From: Elusimicrobiota bacterium
GTDB taxonomy: Bacteria > CG03 > SLGR01 > JAGXOG01
DNA: 64,000 nt
NCBI GenBank assembly: GCA_051745145.1
Contig: JBNJDT010000001.1
Location: 25,899 to 89,898 of the forward strand
Direction of reading: 5' to 3'
Made by a program: the position numbers and the translations under genes. The notes under the pieces were generated by a model, which saw only the letters and a program-made list of their open reading frames with translations, made no database searches and was not told the origin of the DNA. Below, piece after piece: positions 10,432 through 20,455 of the stretch. Every line of letters starts with the position of its first letter. Positions within the stretch are counted from its first letter, which is position 1.

Positions 10432-10482
10432 TTTTAATTATTATTTAACTTTACTCTGAAATTTTAAATCCTGCGGCCAATG

Positions 10483-10872
10483 TTATTTACGTGATTCTAG
10501 TATTCCGGTGGCCAGACGGTGGGGAACTTTAGTATGCTCCCTGTTTAAAAACTCGTAATTTATACTGTTAAAATCCTTCTCTACTTTTTTTATTCTATTA
10601 TATATTTTTTTTAAATTCAAGTTATTTACTTTATATTTTCCATTTAATTGCCGTATTATCAACTGAGAATCGGAATATACTTTTAAGTTTTTTACTCCTA
10701 AATCCACACTTCTTAAAAGTCCTTCTTCAATAGCTCGGTATTCAGCTACATTATTGGTAGTATGTCCCAGAAAAACGCCGGATTTATATATCTCTTCTTC
10801 GGTAGCATTATACAGAACTACACCTAAGGACGACGGACCGGGATTACCCCAGCTTGCGCCATCCGCATACAT
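10483..10872 (-). CDS. rnhA: Ribonuclease HI-like
   Basis: DGASWGNPGP...TNNVAEYRAIEEGL...SDSQL RNase H motifs. The open frame extends to 10974, but that would overlap the upstream gene by 74 nt. The Met start at 10872 is preferred. Confidence 0.75.
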   Translation of the reverse strand: MYADGASWGNPGPSSLGVVLYNATEEEIYKSGVFLGHTTNNVAEYRAIEEGLLRSVDLGVKNLKVYSDSQLIIRQLNGKYKVNNLNLKKIYNRIKKVEKDFNSINYEFLNREHTKVPHRLATGILESRK

Positions 10873-10900
10873 TACGTACCCTTTATCTTTTTTAGAAATT

Positions 10901-11614
10901 TTATTTTTTTTCAATATAGAGAAATCTATAGCAATTTTCACACCGGGGTAATTTTTTGCCGGATTTTGCTTCATTTATCTTTTGGGGAGTTAACTGTGAA
11001 TGGCAACCCGAGCAACTCATTTTTTCCACTTTAACCAGAGCATTGCTTTTTTGGGATTTAATTTTATCATATCTTTTTAAAATATTATCTTCAATTTCTT
11101 CTCTGCACGGTTCTATTTTTTCTTCAATTTGCTCCAGGTTGGTCTGTAATTTTTTTTCTTCGTTCTTTAGAGTTTTTTGAGTGGCTTTTATCTCTTTATT
11201 TTTCTGCTCAAGCTTTTTTTCTAATTTTTTTATACTTTCTTCATTTTTATCAATTTGTTCGTAACAACTGAGAATTTCATTTTCTATTTCATCTATTTCT
11301 TTTTCCTTGTTTTTAATCTCCTGTTGCATTTTACGGTAAGCTTCATTACTCTTTAAAGTGTTTAATTTCCCCTTGTGATCAACAATAAAATCATGAGCAT
11401 CCGACTGGTCCATCTCTTTAGTATTTAAAATATTTTTTGTTTCTTTTAAATCTTCCCGGGCCTGTTTTAACCTAACTTTAACATCGTCGGCTTCTTTTTT
11501 TTCTGCTTTAATTAAACGGGGGATTTCATTAAGGCGTTCCAGAATATCATTTCTGATAAGATCTAATTCCTGAAGTTTTTTTAAATTTTCTAACGTTGAT
11601 TGTGTTACTTCCAT
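10901..11614 (-). CDS. Coiled-coil protein with C-terminal C4 zinc ribbon (COG1579-like)
   Basis: Long charged coiled coil, then CSGCHSQLTPQ...CENCYRFLY. The ORF-track start at 11662 is a TTG that overlaps tRNA-Val, so the ATG at 11614 (MEVTQSTLENL) is preferred. This is the conserved neighbour of rnhA/rnpB in many bacteria. Confidence 0.65.
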   Translation of the reverse strand: MEVTQSTLENLKKLQELDLIRNDILERLNEIPRLIKAEKKEADDVKVRLKQAREDLKETKNILNTKEMDQSDAHDFIVDHKGKLNTLKSNEAYRKMQQEIKNKEKEIDEIENEILSCYEQIDKNEESIKKLEKKLEQKNKEIKATQKTLKNEEKKLQTNLEQIEEKIEPCREEIEDNILKRYDKIKSQKSNALVKVEKMSCSGCHSQLTPQKINEAKSGKKLPRCENCYRFLYIEKK

Positions 11615-11652
11615 TAATAGCACCTTTTTTGAATTAAATTTTTCACTTTCTA

Positions 11653-11728
11653 TGGTGGGCAATGCAGGATTTGAACCTGCGGCCTTTCGGATGTGAACCG
11701 AACACTCTCACCACTGAGCTAATTGCCC
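11653..11728 (-). tRNA. tRNA-Val (anticodon CAC)
   Basis: Manual fold of the minus-strand sequence GGGCAAUUAGCUCAGUGGUGAGAGUGUUCGGUUCACAUCCGAAAGGCCGCAGGUUCAAAUCCUGCAUUGCCCACCA. Acceptor, D, anticodon (loop UUCACAU) and T arms all pair. CCA is encoded. Confidence 0.85.
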
Positions 11729-11752
11729 GTGTTAGCTTAAAAACTTTAAATA

Positions 11753-11829
11753 TGGTGGGCCCACCAGGACTTGAACCTGGGACACCCTGATTATGAGTCA
11801 GGTGCTCTAACCAACTGAGCTACGGGCCC
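11753..11829 (-). tRNA. tRNA-Met (anticodon CAU, elongator-type; could be tRNA-Ile2/lysidine)
   Basis: Minus-strand GGGCCCGUAGCUCAGUUGGUUAGAGCACCUGACUCAUAAUCAGGGUGUCCCAGGUUCAAGUCCUGGUGGGCCCACCA. Cloverleaf with anticodon loop CUCAUAA. The anticodon stem lacks the three G-C pairs of an initiator tRNA. Confidence 0.8.
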
Positions 11830-11883
11830 ATTAATTTTATTTTTTATATTTTTTTTATAGAAATGTCAAATTGAAAACTTTTA

Positions 11884-13128
11884 TTACCTAATAATCATAA
11901 GAACAGTTTCCAGAGGACCGCGTTCTGTTATAAGTTTAAGGCTCGTCAAAGTAAATATTTCTTTTTCGCCCAGAGTGATTGTTTCAATATCTTCCTCTCT
12001 TGAAAATAACCTGGAAATTTCTTCTTTTAAAATTTTTAAATTAATATCTTTAACTCCTGCTCTTTTTAAGGTACCAATAAAATTTTTATTAATTTTATGA
12101 GGTACCTTATGGGGAGTTATAGTTTCAAAATATCTATTCATATAAAATATTTTAAAATCCTTATTTACTATACCTATACCCAGTGGAATATTATTTATTA
12201 AGCTTAACGCGTAAGAAGAAGAAAGAGTTTTCTCTGGTTTATAAACATCAACTTCAATTCTTCTGGCATCCGTAATTTTAACTTCAATTTCTCTGGAATC
12301 TTTGATTTCTTTTAATTTAAAATCATTGAGTCTTTTTAATTTTAAACAATTTACAGCTTTATTTAAGAACATATTTATATCATCAATATCCTGGGGATAT
12401 CTAATAAAAGAGGTCGCCCCACATCTTATTGAATTTACCGGCAAATTATTTTCTTCGTTTTCCCCCAATACTATTACTTCAACCGAGACATTTAAATTAT
12501 TAATATTTTCTAATAATTCCAGGTTTTCTTCCTCTCTAAAATCCAGTATAACAACATCTATAATTCCTTTTCTCAATCTGTTAAATAACTTATTTTTATC
12601 TCCATCAACCTTAAGATCAAATTTTTGACTATTTATATTTTTACTCAACCTATCTAAAATCTCTTTTTCTTCCCCAAAAAATAAAATTTCAAACCGTCCG
12701 GTAGTTATATGCATACTTTTGTATATATTAAATGCTTTATTTACTGAACTTAATATTTTCTGCTTTTTTAAAGGTTTTCTATAATAATCGGCCGCGCCTT
12801 TTTGAATTACTTCCACCGTAATATCGTAATCTTCATAACCGGTAATTACTATTGTCTGAGAAATAGGATTTATTTTATTTATTTTTTCCAAAACATAGTC
12901 CCCGTTTTTGTCGGGTAATTTGTAATCTAGAATTATTACGCCATATAAATTATTTCGAAATTTTTCAATTGCCTTTTGAGCAGTTCCGGCGGTATCGGTA
13001 TTATACCCTTTGCTCTCTAGTAATTGGGAAAGATAGGTTCTTATATCCGGCGAGTCTTCTACAATCAGTATATCATTACTGACTTCGGTTTTTTTATCAA
13101 TACCTATTTCTTCAGTTATATACTTCAT
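11884..13128 (-). CDS. Orphan response regulator with two receiver (REC) domains and a C-terminal PAS-like domain
   Basis: 414 aa. CheY-like REC1 (ILIVEDSPDIR...VILDYKLPDKNG), a second REC-like block, and a PAS-like tail (PLGIGIVNKDFKIFYMNRYFETI). No DNA-binding or enzymatic output is visible. Confidence 0.6.
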   Translation of the reverse strand: MKYITEEIGIDKKTEVSNDILIVEDSPDIRTYLSQLLESKGYNTDTAGTAQKAIEKFRNNLYGVIILDYKLPDKNGDYVLEKINKINPISQTIVITGYEDYDITVEVIQKGAADYYRKPLKKQKILSSVNKAFNIYKSMHITTGRFEILFFGEEKEILDRLSKNINSQKFDLKVDGDKNKLFNRLRKGIIDVVILDFREEENLELLENINNLNVSVEVIVLGENEENNLPVNSIRCGATSFIRYPQDIDDINMFLNKAVNCLKLKRLNDFKLKEIKDSREIEVKITDARRIEVDVYKPEKTLSSSYALSLINNIPLGIGIVNKDFKIFYMNRYFETITPHKVPHKINKNFIGTLKRAGVKDINLKILKEEISRLFSREEDIETITLGEKEIFTLTSLKLITERGPLETVLMIIR

Positions 13129-13242
13129 TTATATATAAATGCTAACATGAAAATTTTTAAAATTCAAATAAACTTATCTTTTATGTATAACTATAAATAT
13201 TTTTTAAACTTCTTGTAACTCAATAATACCGCATTCGCGTTA

Positions 13243-16155
13243 TTATTTTTCTATTGATAAATTACATAATTTTCTGTACGGACAATAACGGCAAGATTTA
13301 CCTTTACGCGACGGGAATTTTTCATACTGGATTCCTTTTATTAAACTATTTAACCGCCGATTTAAGAATCTTATTTTATTTACTAAAACCAACTTATTAA
13401 GATTTACAAAATATAATTTACATTTAATATTCTTTAAATTAAATACCTCTTTAAGGGCTTTGGTATATATGGATAGCTGCAGTTTATAAGGAGCTGTATG
13501 AGCCGTTGAGGAAGTCTTATAATCTATTAAAACGGTACTTCCGGATACATTATCCACCCTGTCTACCGTACCTTTTATATAGCAGTTATTATATTTTAAT
13601 ACAAAAGGTTTTTCCGAATAAATAATATCCTTTTTTGAATTTAAAATACCTGACTTATAAATATTTTCTACTGCGTTCTTAACCTTTTTCTTATAAAATT
13701 TTTGATATATATTTTTTTTAATTCCACTTTTTAGTATAAGTTCTCTGATTTTTTCTTCCATTTCCAACCGGCTTTCAAAATTTTTTAGTTTAACGTATTC
13801 CTCTAGCATACGGTGTACAGATGACCCAAAAAGCGTCGGAGAAAACTCTCCTTTTCCCGGTGGTTTTGGAACTCTGTGTTTATATCTAAATTTATATAGC
13901 AAAGGACAATTGGAATAAGTCTCCAGTTCGGTAACTGAAAATTCTTTTTTTACTTCTCTATTTTTAAAATAAACCGGCAACCCTAAATTATTTATATATT
14001 TTTTAATATCTCTAGATTTCATTGTCTTTTTCAACTCTTTTTTACTTTTTGAAATAATGCCAGAGTCTTTTCGACGATCTAACTTAGGATTTTTTTTAAT
14101 GCGGGTTATATTCTTTTTTAAACCGTTTTTTAATTCAAACTTTTTTTCTTTTTTAGTTAAAAAATAGTTCATAAACTTGGATATTTTCCCACGAAAATTC
14201 TTTTGACCGGTTATTATAAGCTTTTCCTGCGCTCTGGTCAGTGCAACATATAGCAATCTTCTTTCCTCCTGGTTATGATTTTTGTAAAGCCGGGGTTTTA
14301 AGTAAGTTGAATATAGAGAATTTCTATCATTATCTCTAATTACTAAACCCAGTTTTTTATTGAAATGATATCTATCCATTTTTTTCTGACCAGGAAAATT
14401 AGCTCTGGATATGTTAGAGACAAAAACTACCGGAAATTCCAGGCCTTTAGCTTGATGAATTGACATTAAATGTACTACCTCCTCAACCTGGGGCCGGGCC
14501 TCCGGTTCGCCTATTTGGGCCTGCTCTATCTTTCTTAAATGGTGGGCGTAATCAATCAAAGTGGTAAATACATTTTTTTGGGCATAGCTGCGGGCCTTGC
14601 TTATAAATTTTTTAATATTGGTCATCTCTCTGGAACTTTTACCGCCCGGTCTGGATAAGGCCCAGTATATTAAACCGCTTTTTTCCAATAATTCATTCAG
14701 TAAAGTAACTATATCGGTACTGTTTCTCTCAGAACGAAAATATCTGATTAAATTCACTAATCTTTCTGCAGCTTCTAAATTGCTGTTTTTAAGGTTTTCA
14801 AAAAGATTTCTATCTTTCCCATTAGCCCCGGCTATTTTTGCTATTTCTGAATCTTTTACCCCAAAAGCCGGTGACCGCAATATTCTTACAAGCTCACGTT
14901 CAGAAAAAGGATTTTCAATTAGAATTATAAACGATATTAGATCCTTTATTTCCGGCTGTTTATAAAAACCAGTTCCCCCTATTGTTACACTGTTTATATT
15001 TAAATTTCGGAGAGCTTCTTCATAATCCTGACAGTTTTTAACACCTCTGAAAAGAACTACTATATCCTGGGGATTATATCCTTCCGACAATAATTTTTTA
15101 ACTCGCAAAGCAACAAATTCTGCTTCTTTTTTACGATCTTCTCCTAAAAATAATTCCACATTTCCTTTACCGGGAATTGAACATTCTATGGGATGATAAG
15201 ACGTTAACTCTTCTTCAAATACAGTATTTATTACTTGTGGAATGGGCTCTTGCGACCTAAAATTTCTAGTTAAAACCACCTTTCTATTATCCGGTAATTC
15301 ACTATAATAATCCATAATATGCTGGGGTCTTGCTCCACGAAAGCCATATATTGATTGCTGCTCATCCCCTACGGCAAAATAATTATTTTGAGGCTGGGCA
15401 ATAACTTTTAATAAATTTACCTGAGCAGGATTTGTATCCTGATATTCATCTACCAGTATATATTTATATTTTTCCTGTATTTCTTTTTTTATACGGTTAT
15501 CACTTTTAATAATAGAGTAAGTTGTCGTAAGTAGTTTACCAAAATCCATAAAATTATTTTCACTTAATTTAGTTTCATAATTTTTATATAAAGCATAAAT
15601 TGCCCGATGAATATTCGGATTATTTTTTTTATTACTTTTAAAATCCTTAGGTGTTATCAGTCTTTGCTTGAGTTTATTTATAAGCGCAAATGCATCTGCA
15701 AGAAAATCTTCCCTGGACTCATCTATATCCAACGACCAATCTATCTTATTTTCTAGAATATTAAGCCCTACTTTTCTAAAAAACAAGTTAGATTCTACCG
15801 CATCTAAAACTCTGAACTCCGGATCTATCCCAACCCGGAAAGAATTTTCTTTTATAAATCTGGAACAGAATCCATCAATCGTTGAGATTTGAGCACTTCT
15901 TAAAACATCTTCCGAGATTTCATTGGAAAGTCTCTCTTTCATTTCACTGGCGGCTCTTTTTGTAAATGTTACAGTAAGTATAGAACTGCATAACTCTTGT
16001 GCGGAAATATTTTTCTCTAAATTATTCTCATAAATATTTATATATTTATTTACCAGAACCCTGGTTTTCCCGGTACCCGCACCGGCTTTAACTACAAATT
16101 TACCCGGGGTGGATTTTACGGCTTTGAATTGCTGATCAGTAAATTTTTTATTCAT
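13243..16155 (-). CDS. UvrD-family helicase fused to a C-terminal PD-(D/E)xK nuclease with 4-Cys (Cas4-like Fe-S) motif; AddA/RexA-like
   Basis: 970 aa. Walker A AGAGTGKTRVL, UvrD motifs (VDEYQDTNPAQ), C-terminal nuclease (VLIDYKTS) and Cys cluster CPLLY...CRYCPYRKLC. Confidence 0.7.
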   Translation of the reverse strand: MNKKFTDQQFKAVKSTPGKFVVKAGAGTGKTRVLVNKYINIYENNLEKNISAQELCSSILTVTFTKRAASEMKERLSNEISEDVLRSAQISTIDGFCSRFIKENSFRVGIDPEFRVLDAVESNLFFRKVGLNILENKIDWSLDIDESREDFLADAFALINKLKQRLITPKDFKSNKKNNPNIHRAIYALYKNYETKLSENNFMDFGKLLTTTYSIIKSDNRIKKEIQEKYKYILVDEYQDTNPAQVNLLKVIAQPQNNYFAVGDEQQSIYGFRGARPQHIMDYYSELPDNRKVVLTRNFRSQEPIPQVINTVFEEELTSYHPIECSIPGKGNVELFLGEDRKKEAEFVALRVKKLLSEGYNPQDIVVLFRGVKNCQDYEEALRNLNINSVTIGGTGFYKQPEIKDLISFIILIENPFSERELVRILRSPAFGVKDSEIAKIAGANGKDRNLFENLKNSNLEAAERLVNLIRYFRSERNSTDIVTLLNELLEKSGLIYWALSRPGGKSSREMTNIKKFISKARSYAQKNVFTTLIDYAHHLRKIEQAQIGEPEARPQVEEVVHLMSIHQAKGLEFPVVFVSNISRANFPGQKKMDRYHFNKKLGLVIRDNDRNSLYSTYLKPRLYKNHNQEERRLLYVALTRAQEKLIITGQKNFRGKISKFMNYFLTKKEKKFELKNGLKKNITRIKKNPKLDRRKDSGIISKSKKELKKTMKSRDIKKYINNLGLPVYFKNREVKKEFSVTELETYSNCPLLYKFRYKHRVPKPPGKGEFSPTLFGSSVHRMLEEYVKLKNFESRLEMEEKIRELILKSGIKKNIYQKFYKKKVKNAVENIYKSGILNSKKDIIYSEKPFVLKYNNCYIKGTVDRVDNVSGSTVLIDYKTSSTAHTAPYKLQLSIYTKALKEVFNLKNIKCKLYFVNLNKLVLVNKIRFLNRRLNSLIKGIQYEKFPSRKGKSCRYCPYRKLCNLSIEK

Positions 16156-16156
16156 C

Positions 16157-18895
16157 TTATCGTTTGCACAGTCTTCTGTAGTAACAAAACCGGCATTTAC
16201 TGCTTTTACTAGGGGCTTCTTGAAAATTGCCTTTTTTAATTTCCGCCACGGTACTCTTTAAAGTTTCTCTGGCCTTATGGGAAATCCGGGATGCTCTTTC
16301 CTGAGTAAAATCAATATTAACTTCCATTTTTTCGGCTTTTTTTCTCAATCTTAAAACAGTAAAGTATTGTGAATTTACCGCCCATTTATAAATGGGAATC
16401 TGAAAGTTCTCCCCTCTTTCTACAGCATTTAATAACCCCCTCTTTCCCGGAACTCTTTTACCCGTTTTATAATCAACTGTTCTCGTCTTACCGGAGGGGA
16501 GTTTATCTTCACGGTCAACTCTACCTCTTAATTTTATATTTTCCACTTCAGTATAAAATTTTTTTTCTGTATTTTTAACTTTAAAATTTTCCGCGCCCGG
16601 ACCGGTAAAATATTCTTCCACTATATTTAAAGTTTTTTTATACAAATTTCTACTTTCAAATTCCGAGTAAAACTCAAATCCCCCCCATATATCTTTTAGT
16701 TTATTTAAGGCTTCTTTTTTATTATCAATTCCCGCTTCATATAATTTTTGAAAAACTCCGTGAGCCACAATTCCAAATGATTTATATATAGAATCCGGTT
16801 CATTTAATCCCACTACATACCTATAAAAAAGTATACGGGGACATTTAACATAACTTTCTAAAAGTGTATAGGAGAATATATCCGGTAAATTATCTTTAAC
16901 TCTATTAAATAGCCGTTCATATTTATAATTTTTAACTTGTCTCAGTAAATTGAATTTTTCGCTAACATCTTCGTCTTCGGAGACCACATCTTCTGCTTTT
17001 TTTGTTATCCCGTCTTCAGCTATTTTAGAAATAAGATCAGAATCATTAATAATAAATTCTGATTCTCCGTGACTTACAGGCTGTAACTGTTCTTTCTCTA
17101 AAAATTCAGATCTGTTTTTGACATTCCCGGAATTTTCAAAATTATACCAGGTATATATTACTTCACTACTAGCCCGACTTTGAGCTATTTTGTAAAGCCT
17201 TTTTTCAAACTTATATCTTTGCTCAACATTAAAAACCGGTTTAATATTCAGGACTTTATAATCTTTAACTTTCAGCAGCGGATTTTCAAAAAACGGCCTG
17301 GGAAACGTATCTTCTACCATATCTATAAGATAAACTATTTTACATTCTAAATTTTTCGCCTGCTGAACCGTCATAATTTTTACTGCCTCTATATCTGGAA
17401 CATGGGGAATATTTAAATCTTTTCCAAATCCGCTAAGCAATTCATAGAAATTATCCATAAGCAATTTAAAAGTAAGTTTTTTTCCTTCCAAACTTTCATA
17501 ATGCTGTGAATAATCTTCTACAATCTTATAAAAATACCCATATAATTCAGCACCGAATTTATTATTAGCGGCTCTTTTTAAAAAACCGAATTTTTCCATA
17601 ATGTAATATATAAATTCTAAGGCATCCTTGTTTTTAGATTCCCTCCTAAGATTATCCATATATAAATTAAATTCTCTAAATTTTTCCGGATAATTTTCTT
17701 CCATAACAGTAATTAGGGATTTCGATTTCAAAATAGCTTTATTCTGTAATTTGTCTATTTTTTTATCTTCAATAATCCCAGATATTTTCAACATTCTTCT
17801 CAACTTAATACCCTGTAAATCTTCTTTACCATCTATATAAGCTAAAATTGACATCATCTCTATTACTTCCGGTTGTCTGAAAAAACCTATGCCCCCCAGT
17901 GTTACGCTATTTATACCCTGACTTTTTAAAGCCTGAGTAAAAAGTTCCATATTTTCTCCTACAGACCGGCCGATTATAATGATATCCGAAGGGGTTACCT
18001 CTTTTTTCTTTAACTTTATCGCAATATCGGCGGCAACTTTTTTAGCCTGTTCATCTCTTGTTGAGGCTTCAATAAATTTTTTTTCAAGCCCGGACTTACT
18101 TAATTTTTGTTTCATGGTTTTTATCTCAAAATCAAACTTTTGAGTTAACTTTTGTTTCAACTTATATGGCCGGGCACCCCGAAAACTATATACAGAAATT
18201 AAAGGCGATAAAGATATAAAAGCATGCTCTGCATTTTCTCCTATCCGGGAAATTATATCCCCCATTATTAAATCCATATCTTCGGTTTCATAACTTATAA
18301 TTATCTTAAATTGAAATAGATCGGGATGGTTTTTAATCATTTTCCGGGTACTCAAATGTAAATCCACAAAATCAGCGTAATTAAGCTTTTTAAGTTCCCG
18401 TTGGTAAAGTTGTAGTATCTTTTTTAATTCTAAATACTTTTGCTTTTGTGAACCTTTTGCATCTTTGATTTTTTCTGTCCAGTTAGGGTTTCTCTTGGCA
18501 ATATCTATAAAATTCGATATCTCTCTTACCAATCCCTCTTTATTCCCAGCAGTTTTAAAAAATCTTAAATTTAAATTTCTTTTTAAAAGAGTCCGGACAA
18601 TTAGTCTTTTTTCAAAATCCGTAATAATTTTAAAGCCGGGATTGAGATCTGTATAAAAATAATTTTCTCTTAAAACTTTTTTACAAAAAGAAGTACCACT
18701 TTCTATCCATAACTCACTGTAAGAATTTAAAATATTCTTTGCACACTCTTTAAAATTTTCTGCTGATTTTACAGAATTGGTTAAGATAAGTATATTCTCT
18801 GTTGAAATATTCCTTTTTAAAAAATTTTTTAACTTTGTTTTAAGATAACTTTTTTTGCCCGAGCGGGGAGGTCCCTGTATAAGTTCAAAGACCAT
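16157..18895 (-). CDS. AddB/RexB-like helicase-nuclease subunit with Cas4-type Fe-S nuclease domain
   Basis: 912 aa. Degenerate N-terminal P-loop (GPPRSGKKSYL). C-terminal RecB-like nuclease (RVDREDK...VDYKTGK) with CPRILF...CRFCYYRRLC. It sits directly upstream of the AddA-like gene with a 1-nt gap. Confidence 0.65.
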   Translation of the reverse strand: MVFELIQGPPRSGKKSYLKTKLKNFLKRNISTENILILTNSVKSAENFKECAKNILNSYSELWIESGTSFCKKVLRENYFYTDLNPGFKIITDFEKRLIVRTLLKRNLNLRFFKTAGNKEGLVREISNFIDIAKRNPNWTEKIKDAKGSQKQKYLELKKILQLYQRELKKLNYADFVDLHLSTRKMIKNHPDLFQFKIIISYETEDMDLIMGDIISRIGENAEHAFISLSPLISVYSFRGARPYKLKQKLTQKFDFEIKTMKQKLSKSGLEKKFIEASTRDEQAKKVAADIAIKLKKKEVTPSDIIIIGRSVGENMELFTQALKSQGINSVTLGGIGFFRQPEVIEMMSILAYIDGKEDLQGIKLRRMLKISGIIEDKKIDKLQNKAILKSKSLITVMEENYPEKFREFNLYMDNLRRESKNKDALEFIYYIMEKFGFLKRAANNKFGAELYGYFYKIVEDYSQHYESLEGKKLTFKLLMDNFYELLSGFGKDLNIPHVPDIEAVKIMTVQQAKNLECKIVYLIDMVEDTFPRPFFENPLLKVKDYKVLNIKPVFNVEQRYKFEKRLYKIAQSRASSEVIYTWYNFENSGNVKNRSEFLEKEQLQPVSHGESEFIINDSDLISKIAEDGITKKAEDVVSEDEDVSEKFNLLRQVKNYKYERLFNRVKDNLPDIFSYTLLESYVKCPRILFYRYVVGLNEPDSIYKSFGIVAHGVFQKLYEAGIDNKKEALNKLKDIWGGFEFYSEFESRNLYKKTLNIVEEYFTGPGAENFKVKNTEKKFYTEVENIKLRGRVDREDKLPSGKTRTVDYKTGKRVPGKRGLLNAVERGENFQIPIYKWAVNSQYFTVLRLRKKAEKMEVNIDFTQERASRISHKARETLKSTVAEIKKGNFQEAPSKSSKCRFCYYRRLCKR

Positions 18896-20105
18896 GCCGG
18901 TGTATTTTTAAAGTATCCCGAGGATAAATTTTAGTTGAGGCAAGATTATTCCACTTTTTTATTGCATTCATGCTCACATTAAACTTCCTTGATATTGTCC
19001 AAAGACTATCCCCTCGCCTTACTTTATAATATACCACCCGACGTTTCCGCCGGCTTATTTGTTGAGCGGTAAGATAATTTTCTTCGGAAAAATTTGCAAT
19101 AAATTGTTCGTAATTTTCAGCGGGTATTTTAATTTTATATTCTTTGCCCGGTGGAGTACACATCTGCTTTAATTCAGCATTTAATAATTGTATCTCCTGT
19201 ATATCTCCCCCACATAAATCAGCCACATTTCTTAAATCAATACTGTCTTCAACGGTATACTCTTTCCAATTGTATCCTTTTTCATAAAAAGATTCCATTC
19301 CAAATAATTCGGGCTCTTTTATAATAAACATAGCCGACATAATTTTTGGTACAAAATTTTCGGTTTCCCTCGGTAAAAAAAGTTCCCAGTAGTCATCTGT
19401 ACCCCATCTTTTTATTCTCCGCCGAACCCCACTAGCTCCATAATTGTAACCGGCCAGAGCCATTTCCCAGCTTCCCAACTGTTCATATAATGCTTTCAAA
19501 TATTTTGCCGCTGCCTTGGTCGCCTTGTACGGGTCTCTCCTTTCATCTATCCAGTAGTTGATTTTTAATCCCTGTTTTTTCGCAGTGGATTCTATAAACT
19601 GCCACATGCCCACGGCTCCCGCATGAGATTTTGCAAATGGCGAATAACCGGATTCAATAATAGGTACGTATGCTAAATCTTCCGGCAACTCATGTTCAGA
19701 TAAAATCTTTTTCACATCATTTATATATTTTTTTGAGCGACCGATCCACTTGTTAAAATTTTTTGCCCCCCGGGTAGTATAATAATCTATCCATTTTTCA
19801 ACTCTAGAATTCCAGACTAATGGAAAAAGCTCTGTCTCTATATAGGTATTGCGGGAAAACGGTGATTGATTGGCTTTTAATCTCAGTAAAGCTACCTGAC
19901 TGTGAAATTTTTCATATTCAGAATCACTCAGTTTTTCTTTGTTCTCTATAACTTTCTGAATAACATAATCACATATTTCTCTTACAGATTCAATGTTATT
20001 ATCTTCTAACTCACTTTGAGCTGCTTTTAAATTTTCGCCTATATTTGACCTTGTAGAATCCAAATCAAAGTTATCCTTAATTTCTACCCGTGACTGACCA
20101 TTCAA
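18885..20105 (-). CDS. Lytic murein transglycosylase (SLT domain) with C-terminal LysM domain (MltD-like)
   Basis: 406 aa. SLT catalytic motif ESGYSPFAKSHAGAVGMWQF and a C-terminal LysM (YYKVRRGDSLWTISRKFNVSMNAIKKWN). Confidence 0.75.
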   Translation of the reverse strand: MNGQSRVEIKDNFDLDSTRSNIGENLKAAQSELEDNNIESVREICDYVIQKVIENKEKLSDSEYEKFHSQVALLRLKANQSPFSRNTYIETELFPLVWNSRVEKWIDYYTTRGAKNFNKWIGRSKKYINDVKKILSEHELPEDLAYVPIIESGYSPFAKSHAGAVGMWQFIESTAKKQGLKINYWIDERRDPYKATKAAAKYLKALYEQLGSWEMALAGYNYGASGVRRRIKRWGTDDYWELFLPRETENFVPKIMSAMFIIKEPELFGMESFYEKGYNWKEYTVEDSIDLRNVADLCGGDIQEIQLLNAELKQMCTPPGKEYKIKIPAENYEQFIANFSEENYLTAQQISRRKRRVVYYKVRRGDSLWTISRKFNVSMNAIKKWNNLASTKIYPRDTLKIHRHGL

Positions 20106-20163
20106 AAAAGTACATCCGGATATTATAAAAAATATTCCCGGCAGTAAAAATTTATAAAAATTA

Positions 20164-20406
20164 TTAATTATTTTCTTCTTTTTGATGTTTTTCTTTAGTT
20201 CTCTTTTTGAGTTTTTCCTGAAGATTACTTATCTCCTTTCTCTTCTGTTCTTCTCTTTCAGAATTAAGTTCAAAATTTATATCCAGACAAGCTCCCTCGT
20301 AGACATCAATATCGAACTGTTCCACCGGAATAAGCATCTTTCCGCCATTTTCTACTTCTATAACAACAGTTTCACCATCCTCAATCCTGTCAATAACTGC
20401 TCTCAT
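20164..20406 (-). CDS. Small DUF3006-like protein
   Basis: 80 aa. The N-terminal beta-rich segment MRAVIDRIEDGETVVIEVENGG...IPV resembles the DUF3006 family. Charged C-terminal tail. Confidence 0.35.
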   Translation of the reverse strand: MRAVIDRIEDGETVVIEVENGGKMLIPVEQFDIDVYEGACLDINFELNSEREEQKRKEISNLQEKLKKRTKEKHQKEENN

Positions 20407-20455
20407 ATTAAACTCCTCTTAAAGTATTTTATAATTACAGTAAACAAGTTAAAAA

